Origin: a virus | Taxonomy: Duplodnaviria; Caudoviricetes | Length of the DNA stretch: 64,000 bases | Virus record (IMG/VR): IMGVR_UViG_3300037501_000255 | Reading direction: 5' to 3' (one strand) | Shown: positions 18,104 through 29,100 of the stretch, one piece after another | Layout of the letters: the number at the start of each line of letters is the position of its first letter | How positions within the stretch are numbered: position 1 is the first letter of the stretch | The notes under the pieces: model-generated | The model's input: the letters and a program-made list of their open reading frames with translations, nothing else | The model's database searches: none | Told to the model about the DNA's origin: nothing | Made by a program: the position numbers and the translations under genes

Positions 18104-18817
18104 TCAGCGCGCGCCGTGACCGGCGTGGAACGCGACAACTACGCGTGGGTAGAGTACCGAAAGGGTAGTCGTACCAACCAGTTTGGCTGGGGTGGTGACG
18201 AGCGAACCACTCGAGGAGAACTCGACGAACGTAGCAACACCAGAGCTGGCAACGAGACCGCTACAATCTGCGTGAGCAAGCTTGGAAGCGCTATTAAAGC
18301 CAAGGGTAGCGCCCGGAAGCAGACCCGCGAATCCGATGCTGGATACGAAGTCTGAGGCCAGCGAGGAAACCGTAACCTCATAGAGCCCAGGCTTATCCCA
18401 GAGGGTTACCTTGCCAGAAGCTGCGGCGCTGTGCGGACCGAGGTTGGTGCCAGTGACCGCAAGGCCGGCTGTGGTGCCAATCGTCTGACCGAACATCGTG
18501 CCGTAACCAGCAAGACCGTCGTCGGCCAGAGCCAGCATACCATTTACGTCTGCAGCGAGCGCGAGGCGAGCGGCAGCGCGGTTAGCAATTGGGCCGGAGG
18601 CGTCATAAAGGTAGCCGTCAAGCGCGTCAGCGGCAGCCTTCTCGGAGGCCGAGAGGGACGTGGAGGCTGACGTGAGTGCCATAACCTCGCCGCCAGTAAC
18701 GGAGGCTAGGTCGGTGTCTAAGCAATCAAACTGACCAAGTGGCATAAGGCCAGGTTGTAATGGAAAAAGAGCCATAATTGAATCCTTTGTAAATTTTGTT
18801 TCGCCCTGCCCAAACAA
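18104..18817 (-). CDS. Putative capsid decoration/cement protein
   Basis: Small Ala/Gly/Ser-rich gene immediately upstream of the MCP, with motif ASGKVTLWDKPGLYEV. The likely start is ATG at 18775 (MALFPLQPG) after an AAGGA RBS. Confidence 0.65.
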   Translation of the reverse strand: MFGQGETKFTKDSIMALFPLQPGLMPLGQFDCLDTDLASVTGGEVMALTSASTSLSASEKAAADALDGYLYDASGPIANRAAARLALAADVNGMLALADDGLAGYGTMFGQTIGTTAGLAVTGTNLGPHSAAASGKVTLWDKPGLYEVTVSSLASDFVSSIGFAGLLPGATLGFNSASKLAHADCSGLVASSGVATFVEFSSSGSLVTTPAKLVGTTTLSVLYPRVVVAFHAGHGAR

Positions 18818-18854
18818 CTTGGGCTAGAAAAACAATTCAAAATCTGTACTTTTG

Positions 18855-18862
18855 TATTAGTA
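18855..18862 (-). promoter_or_regulatory. TACTAATA intergenic motif
   Basis: Located in the gap upstream of the decoration gene. Confidence 0.35.
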
Positions 18863-18875
18863 GTCTACAACATCT

Positions 18876-20321
18876 TCACTGCAGCAGACTTTCGTGAGGC
18901 TGCATTACACGTGCAGATCGAAGCGCTTTAACCTGCTCTTCAGCCAGATCTACAAGATTGAAAATGCGATTTAACTCGGCAGCGCTCACAAGCAGAGCAT
19001 AATTTCCGCCGCTATCCATTTCCACAAATTTCGATATATTAAGGTCCATCGCAGTCTCTGCGGCAGCATCGGGGTCCTGTGCGGCTACGGCCTGCTGTAA
19101 ACGGCCGCGCAGACTGTCAACCATTGCTTTAATACCCTTGTACCAAGCATCATCGATTAATCCGCTAGCAACACCAATAGGCTGATATGCGCGATTAATA
19201 AATAACTGAGCTTGCATAGTCGCGTTTTTGTCAAGAGGCTGGCGTGATGATGTGTCCGCTTCCTCAACCGCATGCTCGGCATCCTGCATCTCCGGGGAAT
19301 CAAATTGATCTGCGTGCTGCCCATCGGATTGCTGGGATAGCCTTGTACCCTGCTCCTGAGCAAATCCCATTAACTTATTATAGCCTTCCATTACATTGGA
19401 CTCATACCACTTAAATGCTGGAAAGAATGCTCCGGCAAGTTTTACATCAATAATCTCATCACGCAATGGCTTGTAATCAGAGAAAGCCTTCTGTAAATCT
19501 TCGGTGGCAGACTGTAATTCCTGCATAGCAGCAGGAGTTTTTTGATTAGCATAAATATCAGATGCAGCTACCCAGCGATTCGTAGAAGCCTGCATGCGCG
19601 AAATAACTTCGCGAAGCTGGTATATGCGTGACTTAAATGCGGCGAAAGCGCTATCATCTTTCCACGAATCTACGTTGCCGGCCAGTTTATCTAGGTCTCG
19701 CGCAAGATTTTCCTGTTGACCTTTAAAACCATACCAGGCAGCTCCTGAAGTGCCTAGGATAGCCCCCAATCCCCACATCACCATGGGAACAGTCCATATC
19801 AAAGCAACCTTGGTGAGATTAGAATTTTTTTTTAAGGCATCTACTATAGAATTGGCCAGGGAGTCAAGTTCCTGTGCAGCAGAACTATCCCCTGTCGCAT
19901 CCAATTCCTGTGCCACAGTCAAAAGATCCTCGGCCAAAGCAGCGTACTTATGACCCACGCTACCAGACGGGTACTTATTGATCATCTCCACTAGCTTCTG
20001 ATGGAGCTCATTCCCATTCTCCACTAGCCCGCCATCCTCCATTGCATCTGCAATGTAAACCGGCTCGGGATGAGCCTCTCCAACCATATCTTTAATTTCT
20101 ACAGAGCGAAGTTTCTCACGTAGAATATCCCGCTCTTTCTTATCTGCAGCTGTAGATACAAAAGCATTTGTTTGCAGCGAAATTTGAGCAACATCTAAAT
20201 CAGGAGTCACATCTGGTAATTCTACAGTGGCGTGCCATAACGGCTCGACGGCAGGTGTCTCAGGTAGCGTACTGAGAATATTCGCATATGTACTCATAAT
20301 TTCATCAAGTTTCGTATTCAT
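18876..20321 (-). CDS. Putative internal head/ejection protein
   Basis: Contains the AHP...GGLVE module, the LLTVAQELDATGDSSAAQELD motif, and a hydrophobic segment directly after TKVA. Confidence 0.5.
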   Translation of the reverse strand: MNTKLDEIMSTYANILSTLPETPAVEPLWHATVELPDVTPDLDVAQISLQTNAFVSTAADKKERDILREKLRSVEIKDMVGEAHPEPVYIADAMEDGGLVENGNELHQKLVEMINKYPSGSVGHKYAALAEDLLTVAQELDATGDSSAAQELDSLANSIVDALKKNSNLTKVALIWTVPMVMWGLGAILGTSGAAWYGFKGQQENLARDLDKLAGNVDSWKDDSAFAAFKSRIYQLREVISRMQASTNRWVAASDIYANQKTPAAMQELQSATEDLQKAFSDYKPLRDEIIDVKLAGAFFPAFKWYESNVMEGYNKLMGFAQEQGTRLSQQSDGQHADQFDSPEMQDAEHAVEEADTSSRQPLDKNATMQAQLFINRAYQPIGVASGLIDDAWYKGIKAMVDSLRGRLQQAVAAQDPDAAAETAMDLNISKFVEMDSGGNYALLVSAAELNRIFNLVDLAEEQVKALRSARVMQPHESLLQ

Positions 20322-20323
20322 AA

Positions 20324-21736
20324 TTAATCACCTAAGATGCTTTTTAACTCAGTATTTATATGCTGACTCATACTACGTGAACGTTTATTAGAAGAGGGGG
20401 TCTTTCCGCGAGCGCGTGGAGAATTGTATTGTGTTGCAGGCGGCGAGGTATACTGAGCACTCGGTGCCGATGGCGCAGTCGCGCGTGATGCGCCGCCACC
20501 CTTCATTGCTTTAAAGCCGGCAAATATTACAGCTGCCAATGCTGCAGCTAAGCCTAGCTTGCCAACTTTACCTTTAAACATGGAGATAAGACCGGCATCA
20601 CCCCCGCGTGCGGCAGCCATAAGGCGAGCCTGTCTCAACTCCTGCTTTTGAAAGTCTGCGCGATGTTTGAGGGTTTGACGATGCTCTGCATTGCGCATAT
20701 CAAGGCGCTTCTTTAATTCTTCACGCTCTGCGCGCGACATATTCTTTTTGGCACGCTCAAGCTCGTCATATGACATCGGGGTGCCTGAGATCGCCGCCAC
20801 CATAAGGCGATGTTGCTCAGGAGTAATCTTACCCATCACCAACTCTCGTTGAAGATCGAATTTTTGCTTCTCTTTCAAATACCTATCTTCAATTTCATAC
20901 TTAGTACGAATCTGATGCTCCATCGATTCGCGATCTCTGAGGAATTTTCCATGCTCCATTTCAGCATGGTGGCGATCCAAGTCTTTCTTCCGCTCATGTG
21001 CAGATGCCGCCTCGGCTTGGTCAATCTCGCGAAGCTTCAGCTGCTGATCGAATGTAAGTCCAGCATATTCGCGCCTACGCAAATGCTTGCGCCGGTCGAA
21101 TTCGTCACGTATCTCCATCTTCGCACGCTCCTGCGCTAGAGGAACTGACTTAGAGGCCGCAGGCGACTCCGTAGGCTTATCCGCAAAAGGCTGCTTTTGC
21201 CTTTGAGTCCATGGAGGTAAAATCTCTCCACCAGGAAGCTCAATGGGCGCTGGTGCCCTAGCCTTTGGTCCGCCAGCAGGTTGGGCAGCTTCAAATTCTA
21301 CCGGTGCAGGAGCTTTTGTTTTGACATTGGTAGTAGGCTGAGCTGCCTCGAAAGTTATTTTACTTTTTGGAGTACCCGCAGGCTGTTTAGCTGGCTCTGC
21401 TGCCAATACCACCCGACCGGACCGCAGAACCTCGGCACGAGCCTCTAGTTCGGGATACATTTCATCTGCCATCTGCCCAGCTAACTCTGACGGGTTTATA
21501 TTCGACAAATCTTTACCAGCCAGCTTCTCATCGAGCATGCGCCCCACATCAGCGAGACCTATGCCCATCATGCCGGCCGCAACATTCAGAATAGCTAGGG
21601 GACCGCTAACAAGCATTAACCCTCGCCCACCCCAGCGTAGGCTGTTTTCGAAAAAGCCCTTCTCATCATCCCATATTAGGTCTTTTATAACCTCGGGAAC
21701 TTCGCCTTGAAAAAAATCAGCCTGCTTTGAGATCAT
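20324..21736 (-). CDS. Putative internal head/ejection protein with two hydrophobic segments
   Basis: N-terminal SKQA motif, two Gly-rich hydrophobic segments, a Pro/Ala linker and a charged coiled coil. Confidence 0.5.
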   Translation of the reverse strand: MISKQADFFQGEVPEVIKDLIWDDEKGFFENSLRWGGRGLMLVSGPLAILNVAAGMMGIGLADVGRMLDEKLAGKDLSNINPSELAGQMADEMYPELEARAEVLRSGRVVLAAEPAKQPAGTPKSKITFEAAQPTTNVKTKAPAPVEFEAAQPAGGPKARAPAPIELPGGEILPPWTQRQKQPFADKPTESPAASKSVPLAQERAKMEIRDEFDRRKHLRRREYAGLTFDQQLKLREIDQAEAASAHERKKDLDRHHAEMEHGKFLRDRESMEHQIRTKYEIEDRYLKEKQKFDLQRELVMGKITPEQHRLMVAAISGTPMSYDELERAKKNMSRAEREELKKRLDMRNAEHRQTLKHRADFQKQELRQARLMAAARGGDAGLISMFKGKVGKLGLAAALAAVIFAGFKAMKGGGASRATAPSAPSAQYTSPPATQYNSPRARGKTPSSNKRSRSMSQHINTELKSILGD

Positions 21737-22656
21737 CTGACTAACCCCATTTTGCGTAATTCTTCGGTAACTACACCTGTCAAAGATGCTTGATTTCGAC
21801 GCAGCTCATGCATATCAATGACGCGTGAATTAATATTCGGAGGAGTTTCCATAAACTTATCAGCACTTGGAAATCTAGTAAATATTACATTGATAATGTG
21901 AGACTTCTGAGCAGCTGAGGCCTTTTGGAATTCAGGAACAAGCGCCCCCAGTGCAGAGGCTAATGTGCCGGGCGCAGCACCACCTGGCGCCGTAGCGCCC
22001 TGGTCACGCAAGCGCCAAGACTCACGCAGGTCCTTATCAGCCTCAGTGATGACATAGAGTATGTTTGCGTTATTTGGATTATTTGGATCTAGTGAAGAGG
22101 AGATGGCCTGCGTGGCTGCTGTTAGCTGCTGCAGTCGCTGGGCTACGGGCAACGACATATCAATCAAGCCATTTTGTTCTAAAATAGCTTGATACATCAT
22201 GTACCCACGACTATATACAAGCGCTAGTGGCAACATACGTTGTTGGCCATTTGGTAATGTAATATTGTAATACGGAGTATCTTTTATAGTTTTAGCGGGC
22301 GCTGTTTCTCGTGGTATGATACGCTGTAGCTGATATACAATTTCAGCCACAGCCTGCGGATTTTGACGTAACCACGATACTTTAGTAGCTAATAACGACT
22401 CTAAGATCCGAGCAATCTGCTGCGACTCCGCATCCTCACGCCCAATTAATTCATTGCGCCAACCCTCCACGGCACTATGAGTATTTTGATCATATACTCC
22501 TGTCATCCCGTCCAGCGCTAATTTTTGCCTATCTCGCAGCATACGTTGGAGTTCAAGAATGGCAGGCTGCTGTTGAATCGTAGATGCGGGCCTATCCCCC
22601 GCTCGCGATCTGCCTCCGCCACCAGGGATCGGCGTGCTTTTACCAAAGCCCATCAC
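21733..22656 (-). CDS. Hypothetical protein with peptidoglycan-binding-like N-terminal motif
   Basis: ILELQRMLR...DGMTGVYDQNTHSAV resembles the PGBD helical motif (LQxxL...G.y...T..AV). Confidence 0.4.
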   Translation of the reverse strand: MMGFGKSTPIPGGGGRSRAGDRPASTIQQQPAILELQRMLRDRQKLALDGMTGVYDQNTHSAVEGWRNELIGREDAESQQIARILESLLATKVSWLRQNPQAVAEIVYQLQRIIPRETAPAKTIKDTPYYNITLPNGQQRMLPLALVYSRGYMMYQAILEQNGLIDMSLPVAQRLQQLTAATQAISSSLDPNNPNNANILYVITEADKDLRESWRLRDQGATAPGGAAPGTLASALGALVPEFQKASAAQKSHIINVIFTRFPSADKFMETPPNINSRVIDMHELRRNQASLTGVVTEELRKMGLVR

Positions 22657-23693
22657 TCACCCCCTGTTACATTTAGCGATACTCCCAATAATCTGGAGTC
22701 GACCTCATTCACTTTAGTTCGGAAAGCATAAAGAATCTGCTTTAATCCGGCAATAACTGGCGCATAGCTAGGGATTTGTGATGCGCGTATACGACCACCG
22801 TCGAGGCGCTCGCGTAGCCCAGGTAAGCGATTGAGATATCCAAGATTTGGTATATCTCTCATAAATTCAGCATGTAGCTTGTTATAATTCTGCGGACTCA
22901 TCTCAGACTTCCACTCTTCAGTGCGAGCATCTAAATCATCGTACTCATCTGCCATAGCTCCGACTTCACGAGCGAATTGCTGGAGTGCCTTGGCTTCTTC
23001 GGGAGTTGCCTGCGGAACTGTCGCGCGCTCGCGACTGGCGCCAGGAGACTCGGTACCACGAGCCCCAAACTGTGCAATACTCTGCAGTTGCTTCCTCAAC
23101 ATTGACGTAGCAACCAAAAGCTTCTTTGCCTCTGTAACCTTATCGCGAGTGATGTAACCCCATAATGAATCTCCGCCGCCCAGGGCCTCTGCTAGATCTG
23201 AGCTGATATCAAAACGTAATAATTTTTGCTCCAGAATGGATGCTTGGGCTGCTGCAGCATCCAATGTATTTGCAGATATTAACTCATCCAGCCTCAACAC
23301 ATCGCCGCGCAGTTCCTCATACAGTTTGCCAGCAGCATGGTTTTCAATATTTTTAGTATCTACCTGAGTGATGATATCTCTCATAATACCTATCAATCTT
23401 AGCACCTCAGAGACATCAGGAGAAGCTGCACCCCCCTGTCCTGCGACAGATATGAGCAGATCTATATCACTTACCGCCGAACGTACGCCTAAGGTATCAA
23501 GATTATTAGCGGCCAATATTAGGCGGCCAACGACAGATGATTTGGTAGCTACATCTAAATGACGTAGATGTGCTTCGTATAAATCTTCCACTAAACCCTC
23601 CCGAGAAGCTTCAGTCACCTGTGTGCCGCCACCAGGATGAGCTAATTGATTCATTTCCTCAGATGTTGGCAGGGGTAGCAAGCCTCTGTGCAT
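22653..23693 (-). CDS. Putative internal head protein (AHP-module family)
   Basis: LAHPGGGTQVTEASREGLVE and LILAANNLDTLGVRSAVSDID. Confidence 0.5.
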   Translation of the reverse strand: MHRGLLPLPTSEEMNQLAHPGGGTQVTEASREGLVEDLYEAHLRHLDVATKSSVVGRLILAANNLDTLGVRSAVSDIDLLISVAGQGGAASPDVSEVLRLIGIMRDIITQVDTKNIENHAAGKLYEELRGDVLRLDELISANTLDAAAAQASILEQKLLRFDISSDLAEALGGGDSLWGYITRDKVTEAKKLLVATSMLRKQLQSIAQFGARGTESPGASRERATVPQATPEEAKALQQFAREVGAMADEYDDLDARTEEWKSEMSPQNYNKLHAEFMRDIPNLGYLNRLPGLRERLDGGRIRASQIPSYAPVIAGLKQILYAFRTKVNEVDSRLLGVSLNVTGGE

Positions 23694-23701
23694 GTATCAC
23701 C

Positions 23702-24706
23702 TCAGAGACTAGGTCCGCGCGGAGGGCCCTTCTGTGGGGTAGTTATACGCGGCCGTTCAACTTGCGGAGTCGGGATTGAGGCTGGTGCGCCCGGCTCATC
23801 GCCACGTCTAGCTACTGGAGATCCTGGTGTAAAAGTAGTTTGTACTGCATTTAATGCAGATGACGCCCGCGCTTCCGCTACGCGCTTCTCAAGATGCGAG
23901 AAAAGTTCGCGCCAAGTCGAATATCCACCGCTTACGCTCCGAGCCATCTCATCCTTCACCTCTTTGGTGATCACGCCCGCCTGCGGAGACGCTGCTAAGG
24001 GTGATAAACCCTCGGCCTCGCGAAGTTGATTAAGTAATGTGATAACGCGGGCATTGTTAGCTTTAAGACGTGCAGCCTTATCGGCCTTCGCCTTCGCTTC
24101 CCGCTCGGCCGCCTTAGCTACGTCATCAAGATAGCCCTGCTCCTGTCCCGGTGCGAGGGGAACGTCTGAAGGAGCTTTCCGCGGAGCAGGCGCCCCCATC
24201 GTCATTCCGTCATACATGCCGTCTACAGGAGTCTGATCCACGTCAGCAGCCAATTTGGCAATTTCAACATCTAACTCGGCAGCGGCAGCGTGCTCACCAC
24301 GCTCATCAAGTAGATTCGCTAGGGAAACTAACTTAGCCATAGCCTGAGCCAGCTTGCCGGTGGGCTTGCCTTCAGCCACATCCCGCATCGCCTTCTGACG
24401 CTCTACAATAGTCTCTACCTTGGCCATATCCTTATCTTTAGGCTTATTATTGTCCAAATCAATGACGGTACCTCCGCCAGGATGGGCTTTACCAACCATC
24501 TCCTCACCAGTCTCGCCACCCAGTCCATATAGGCGATTATCATGGGAAGCTACCGCCACAATGCCATCAAGCTCGTTTTTTGGAGGAGCGCTGATGTCAA
24601 AATCCGGGTATAGATTTTCGGCAGGCTTATCAAGCATACCATCTGCCATGGCCTTAGTATAAAAGGCATCCAAAATTTCACTTTCATCAAATTTGATACG
24701 CTGCAT
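23702..24706 (-). CDS. Putative internal head protein (AHP-module family)
   Basis: VGKAHPGGGTVI...AKVETIVERQK..KPTG and LVSLANLLDERGEHAAAAELD. Confidence 0.5.
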   Translation of the reverse strand: MQRIKFDESEILDAFYTKAMADGMLDKPAENLYPDFDISAPPKNELDGIVAVASHDNRLYGLGGETGEEMVGKAHPGGGTVIDLDNNKPKDKDMAKVETIVERQKAMRDVAEGKPTGKLAQAMAKLVSLANLLDERGEHAAAAELDVEIAKLAADVDQTPVDGMYDGMTMGAPAPRKAPSDVPLAPGQEQGYLDDVAKAAEREAKAKADKAARLKANNARVITLLNQLREAEGLSPLAASPQAGVITKEVKDEMARSVSGGYSTWRELFSHLEKRVAEARASSALNAVQTTFTPGSPVARRGDEPGAPASIPTPQVERPRITTPQKGPPRGPSL

Positions 24707-24714
24707 ATAAGCTC

Positions 24715-25017
24715 CTACTTTAAGATCTGTTTAATGTCATCTATCGCTAATTCAATTTCTAGAGCTGCTCGTGAATTGTCACCAACAAGCTCAGCAATCC
24801 TATTCAGCTCATTAATTATTAGATGACTCGCCCCGGTACGATGCAGCGCATTTAACTCATCATGAGCCTCGGCCAGCAGACGGTCCTCCAGTTCAACATC
24901 CACCGCAAGAGCCTGCTGCGATTCTGAGGGTGGTGGAGTTTGGCTAGCCAAAATCTCTAACATAGTGCGGGCCACTTCGCTATTCTTCCAATTACCATCT
25001 TCGTGATCAAAAATCAT
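24715..25017 (-). CDS. Small hypothetical head-region protein
   Basis: WKNSEV N-terminus and the degenerate helical motif LNRIAELVGDNSRAALEIE. Confidence 0.55.
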   Translation of the reverse strand: MIFDHEDGNWKNSEVARTMLEILASQTPPPSESQQALAVDVELEDRLLAEAHDELNALHRTGASHLIINELNRIAELVGDNSRAALEIELAIDDIKQILK

Positions 25018-25024
25018 ATAGTCC

Positions 25025-25711
25025 TCACAGCCAAATAAATTCTAAAAATGGATTGTGCGCAGTTGGCGGCACAATACACATCCCCACACCCGGCTGCTCG
25101 GGCATAGTTTGTTCTGTAGTTAGTTTTCCGCTAGCACTTACAAATAGCGTAGCATTTACACTATAAGCTGTCATTTCATATTGATCTGTCTGAAAAATTC
25201 CACGAGACCACCATATGGTAATCCTACCAGAGCCCACCGTTGTGTCTTCGCCGGCAATATTGGGCACATAGTATGTGTACTTAACACGCGTTCTTACTGC
25301 GTTTGGTGTCAGAGAGTCATCAGTTGCGAAATTGAGCTCAGTGCCGGCAGGTGCTTTCAGAATGCCATTAATAGGATTTAACTTTAAACCAGGGTAATCT
25401 GCTACAAAAGAACTTGCTATAATATTAGCATTGTATAGCTCTTTTGATGTATCCATAGCATTTACCCACTTATATCCATCAAATAGTGGCACGCATGGTA
25501 TTACAACTAATTCATCATTCACAGGTGCTGAGAAAGCGGTTGTCCTGATATCATCTATTATGCCAAAAGGAGCTCTTCCATCGGATACACCCAGCACATG
25601 ATCATTTCCAATAACCTTGAACTGCGCAATCATGCCAGGTTCGAACGTGGCATTCGGATCAACTGGATAAGAAACTGGTCTGGCATTTCCAGATTGTATA
25701 ACTCTAAGCAT
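25025..25711 (-). CDS. Capsid-decoration-like paralog
   Basis: MLRVIQSG...PFGIIDD...GSGRITIWWSRGIF...LFVSASGKLT aligns with 18104..18817 and with the N-terminus of 1321..3492. Confidence 0.55.
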   Translation of the reverse strand: MLRVIQSGNARPVSYPVDPNATFEPGMIAQFKVIGNDHVLGVSDGRAPFGIIDDIRTTAFSAPVNDELVVIPCVPLFDGYKWVNAMDTSKELYNANIIASSFVADYPGLKLNPINGILKAPAGTELNFATDDSLTPNAVRTRVKYTYYVPNIAGEDTTVGSGRITIWWSRGIFQTDQYEMTAYSVNATLFVSASGKLTTEQTMPEQPGVGMCIVPPTAHNPFLEFIWL

Positions 25712-26045
25712 CTAACATCTCCGAAAGTATAGAGGCGATAGCCCTTCTAATTTGTACATCCCGGCTATTGTAGCCTACAGAGACAAGTTTCATCATCAAC
25801 GACCTCTCCTCCGAGTCGTCAGAATCATCAAGTACAAATTTCAATACTGCGCCACCATCTTCACTCAGAGATAATGTTGCCTGCCCGTTGCCTGTATTCC
25901 AATAATAATTGCGCACAGAGCCTTCGGACTCCCTGCGCACGGCACCTAATGGCGGGTATTTTACAAGGAATGGTTTAACAGCGGCAGGAAAATCCGAGCC
26001 AGATTTACGATAGATTTCATACTTCTGTGAGGGATTGTTGGTCAT
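25704..26045 (-). CDS. Hypothetical protein
   Basis: Co-oriented 113-aa ORF overlapping the next gene by 8 nt. Confidence 0.6.
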   Translation of the reverse strand: MTNNPSQKYEIYRKSGSDFPAAVKPFLVKYPPLGAVRRESEGSVRNYYWNTGNGQATLSLSEDGGAVLKFVLDDSDDSEERSLMMKLVSVGYNSRDVQIRRAIASILSEMLDA

Positions 26046-26147
26046 AGTAGAAAAACGCGATATATCCCATAATCTCTTCGTCGGATAAACCTAAATCTTC
26101 TAACTCAAGAATTTCAAAATATATGCTGTCAAACATAAATAAAGATG

Positions 26148-26180
26148 TGGCGGGGCCTCACTAAAAACGAGGCCCCGCCA
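26148..26180 (-). terminator. Strong hairpin, probable terminator after the protease-scaffold gene
   Basis: Perfect 12-bp inverted repeat TGGCGGGGCCTC/GAGGCCCCGCCA with a 9-nt loop. A T-rich tract follows after a 4-nt gap on the minus strand. Confidence 0.7.
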
Positions 26181-26187
26181 GTTATAT

Positions 26188-29100
26188 TCAGAAGAACAAT
26201 TTAGCTAGATTTTCAACTGATACATCTGCCGTCTGCGGCGCAGCCGGTGTGGCACCAGAACGATCATAGTTCAGCCCAACCACGGGAGCTGCAGTTTTCA
26301 CCTGCTCCTCAGTTTTGCGAGCCTGACCAATCATATTCTTCATGGCATCAAACTGGTCGCCGGGTAGCTTCACCAGGTTAGATGCAAAGCGGTGCAAGTC
26401 CGCGCGTGATTTTGCAATCAAACCACGCTCTTGAGCTTCGAGAGCGAGATTGTATGCACGCATCAACTTCGCCTCCTGCTCCTCGCTTGCTGCTTTGACT
26501 TCGAGCCCTGCCTTGGCCTGCTTGAATTCCTGAGTTAAGCCAGTAGCGAATTCGCGTCCACCATCGACCTGACCCAGGTAATCCTTCCAGTACTTAGCAG
26601 CTACTGCATCAACAGCGCCCTTGGCAACCAACTCGTCTATCTGGGCGGCCTTCACCACGCCAGCGCGAATCATGCGATCCAAGGCTTCAGCCGCCATACG
26701 TACATTGCGCGGTTCGGACTTGGCAACATCCTCGACAGCCTCTTTAACCTCAGCAAGAGTCTCGACCTTATTGAGCTTGTCCGACACCTTAGCATCGACA
26801 GCGACATCTGGGCCTGAACCCTTACGAGCCTCTGAGTAAGTGGACTGCCACTCGCCCGCGATCTTCTTCAGGAGTGATTCCCTCCATGCTTTGCGATCCA
26901 TGAGGCCGTCTTTGGCATGCATATCTTTCTCATGCTCCCTAACTTCCTCATCAGCCTTCTTATCGGCAATCTCGGCAACTTCCTTCTCTTCAGCCTTGTT
27001 GAGCGGCCCAGGCATATCGCCGGCATCTTTTGCCGCCATAGCACCATCTTCCGCATCCCACGCCCTCAGCGCCTCAGCAAGCTCTTCTGCAGCGTCAAGA
27101 CCATCCTCGAGTTCGTCGACGACACTATCTTCCTCTGTGTCGCCATGTCCAAGGAGACTCGGGATTTCAGGCTTGGTAGCCTCCTCCCACTCATCTTCGC
27201 CCTCGGTGAAGGCCTGCGCAACAAGAGCTTCGCGACGCGCTGCGCGAGCGGCTAGGAGAGCAGCTAGAGTTTCCCCAGCCTTCTCTATACCCTTCTCTTC
27301 TTTGTCATCATCCTTCTCTTCTTTGTCATCATCCTTCTCTTCGGACTCATCCTCTTCCCTGTCCTTGCCCTTAGCCTTCTTATCAGACTTGTCCTTCTTA
27401 GACTTCTTATCGTCGTCCCTCTTCTTCTTTTTCTTAGCAGCAAACTTATCTAGAAGATCAGCTGCTGCAGTAGCGACAACAAGCGCATCAGACACCGCCT
27501 CATCAACAACGGTCACCGGAGCAGAAACTGTTGATAGCGCGCCCAGCTCATCGGCAGCCTCAGCAAGCTCGGCCTGTACCTTTAGTAACTGAGTGCGGAA
27601 AGAGGCCGCGACCGGCGCCCCTTCTGCGGCAACATCAACTTGCTTCAGATCTTCGATATTCGCAGCGTTGCGAATTTCCTCAACCGCCGACTCGATAGAA
27701 GCGAGGGCTTCGGCAATCTTGTCCTTGCCAGTATCTCGTGGTGTCGCCGGAGCTTCTGCAGCTGGGGCTTCTGGGGCGGCGGGGGCGGCTGGTGATGCTG
27801 GAAGTTCACCTCCAAGCGTTTCAGCTGCTTTCTCAAGGCCTGCCGAGCGGATGAGTTTCATCACTTCCTTGGCATATGCCTCGGTCTTGAAGAAATCATC
27901 AGCAACAAGATCTTTTCCATCCTGCGAGAGATGTGCCGTATTCTTAACCGGCTCATCTAGTCCCACTTCGTAGGCGGATGATGCACGAACAGTCAGAATT
28001 TCATTGTTACCAGAGAAGAACTTCCAGGCGCTCTGACCCGGGGTTGCGCTCTTGGTGAGTCGCGCACGGATTGAAGCCATGCGCTGGAGGCCGCGCTTGG
28101 TCTGTTCATCACCGGGGAACATGCCGTCAGCGCCACTCTCAACGCTGCCATTCATTTGCTTATCCTTCATACGCATCTTCTCGTGAGGCTCTCCCATAAG
28201 CGGATACTGGGCCTTGCCAGGAGTTGGCTCTTCCGTGCCCTGCCAGTATGCCTTCTTCTCCACGGCACCTTCCTTATCATCAGCCTTCAGGACTTCTTTG
28301 GTACCATCAGCCTTCGTGGCGACCATAACCTTTCTACCGAGGGAGTCGGTCTTTTCCTCGACTGCACCAGGCCTCTTGTCATCGGCAGCCTCTTTCGTCA
28401 GTGCCTTGAGAAGCCGAGCGCGCTTAGCTCGACGCTCTTCAAGGGAGGCGCGTTGCAGCATCTCCTTCTTCTTGGCATCTTCTGCCGGGATATCTTTAGA
28501 TGTATCCAGCTCCTTGCCGGTCATCTGCTTATCTTGAGTGTCGCGAATCTTATCAGCGTCCCCCATCTTTTCGTACGGAAGGGCCTTTGCTGGGTCTTCC
28601 GTGCCCTGGTGATACGCTTGTTTACGCGCCTCTGCGCGCTTACGTAACTCTGCAAAATTCATTGGAATCTCCTTATTCTTCAACATTGCAAATCTATTGT
28701 GCAAAGAATTGTTTTTGGCACCAGCGTCAGAACCATCAGAATAATTTGATGATGTTGCCGATGCCGTTGCTATACCACTATTAGGATCCGGAAGAGTTCG
28801 TGAAACTCCTACGTTCTTGTCTACCATAGAGGTCGGATCTTGCCCGACCTCGCTATTCAAGCTCTCACCGGCCATGTCATGGCCAGTTGCTGCCGCAGAG
28901 CCCATATCGGGCTGAGTGGTCGTACCCGTTGGTCTCACTGCGGAGCTAACATCTATCACAGGAGCTTCTGAAGTCATATACCTTTCAGCCAACAGCTCTG
29001 CAACGGCTTCTTTAACCGATGTAAGTGCAGGATCTTTCATAGACTTCAGCTTTAGTGCAAGCTCCCGTAGCTCGGGATTTTTCATAGACGAAACATGCTG

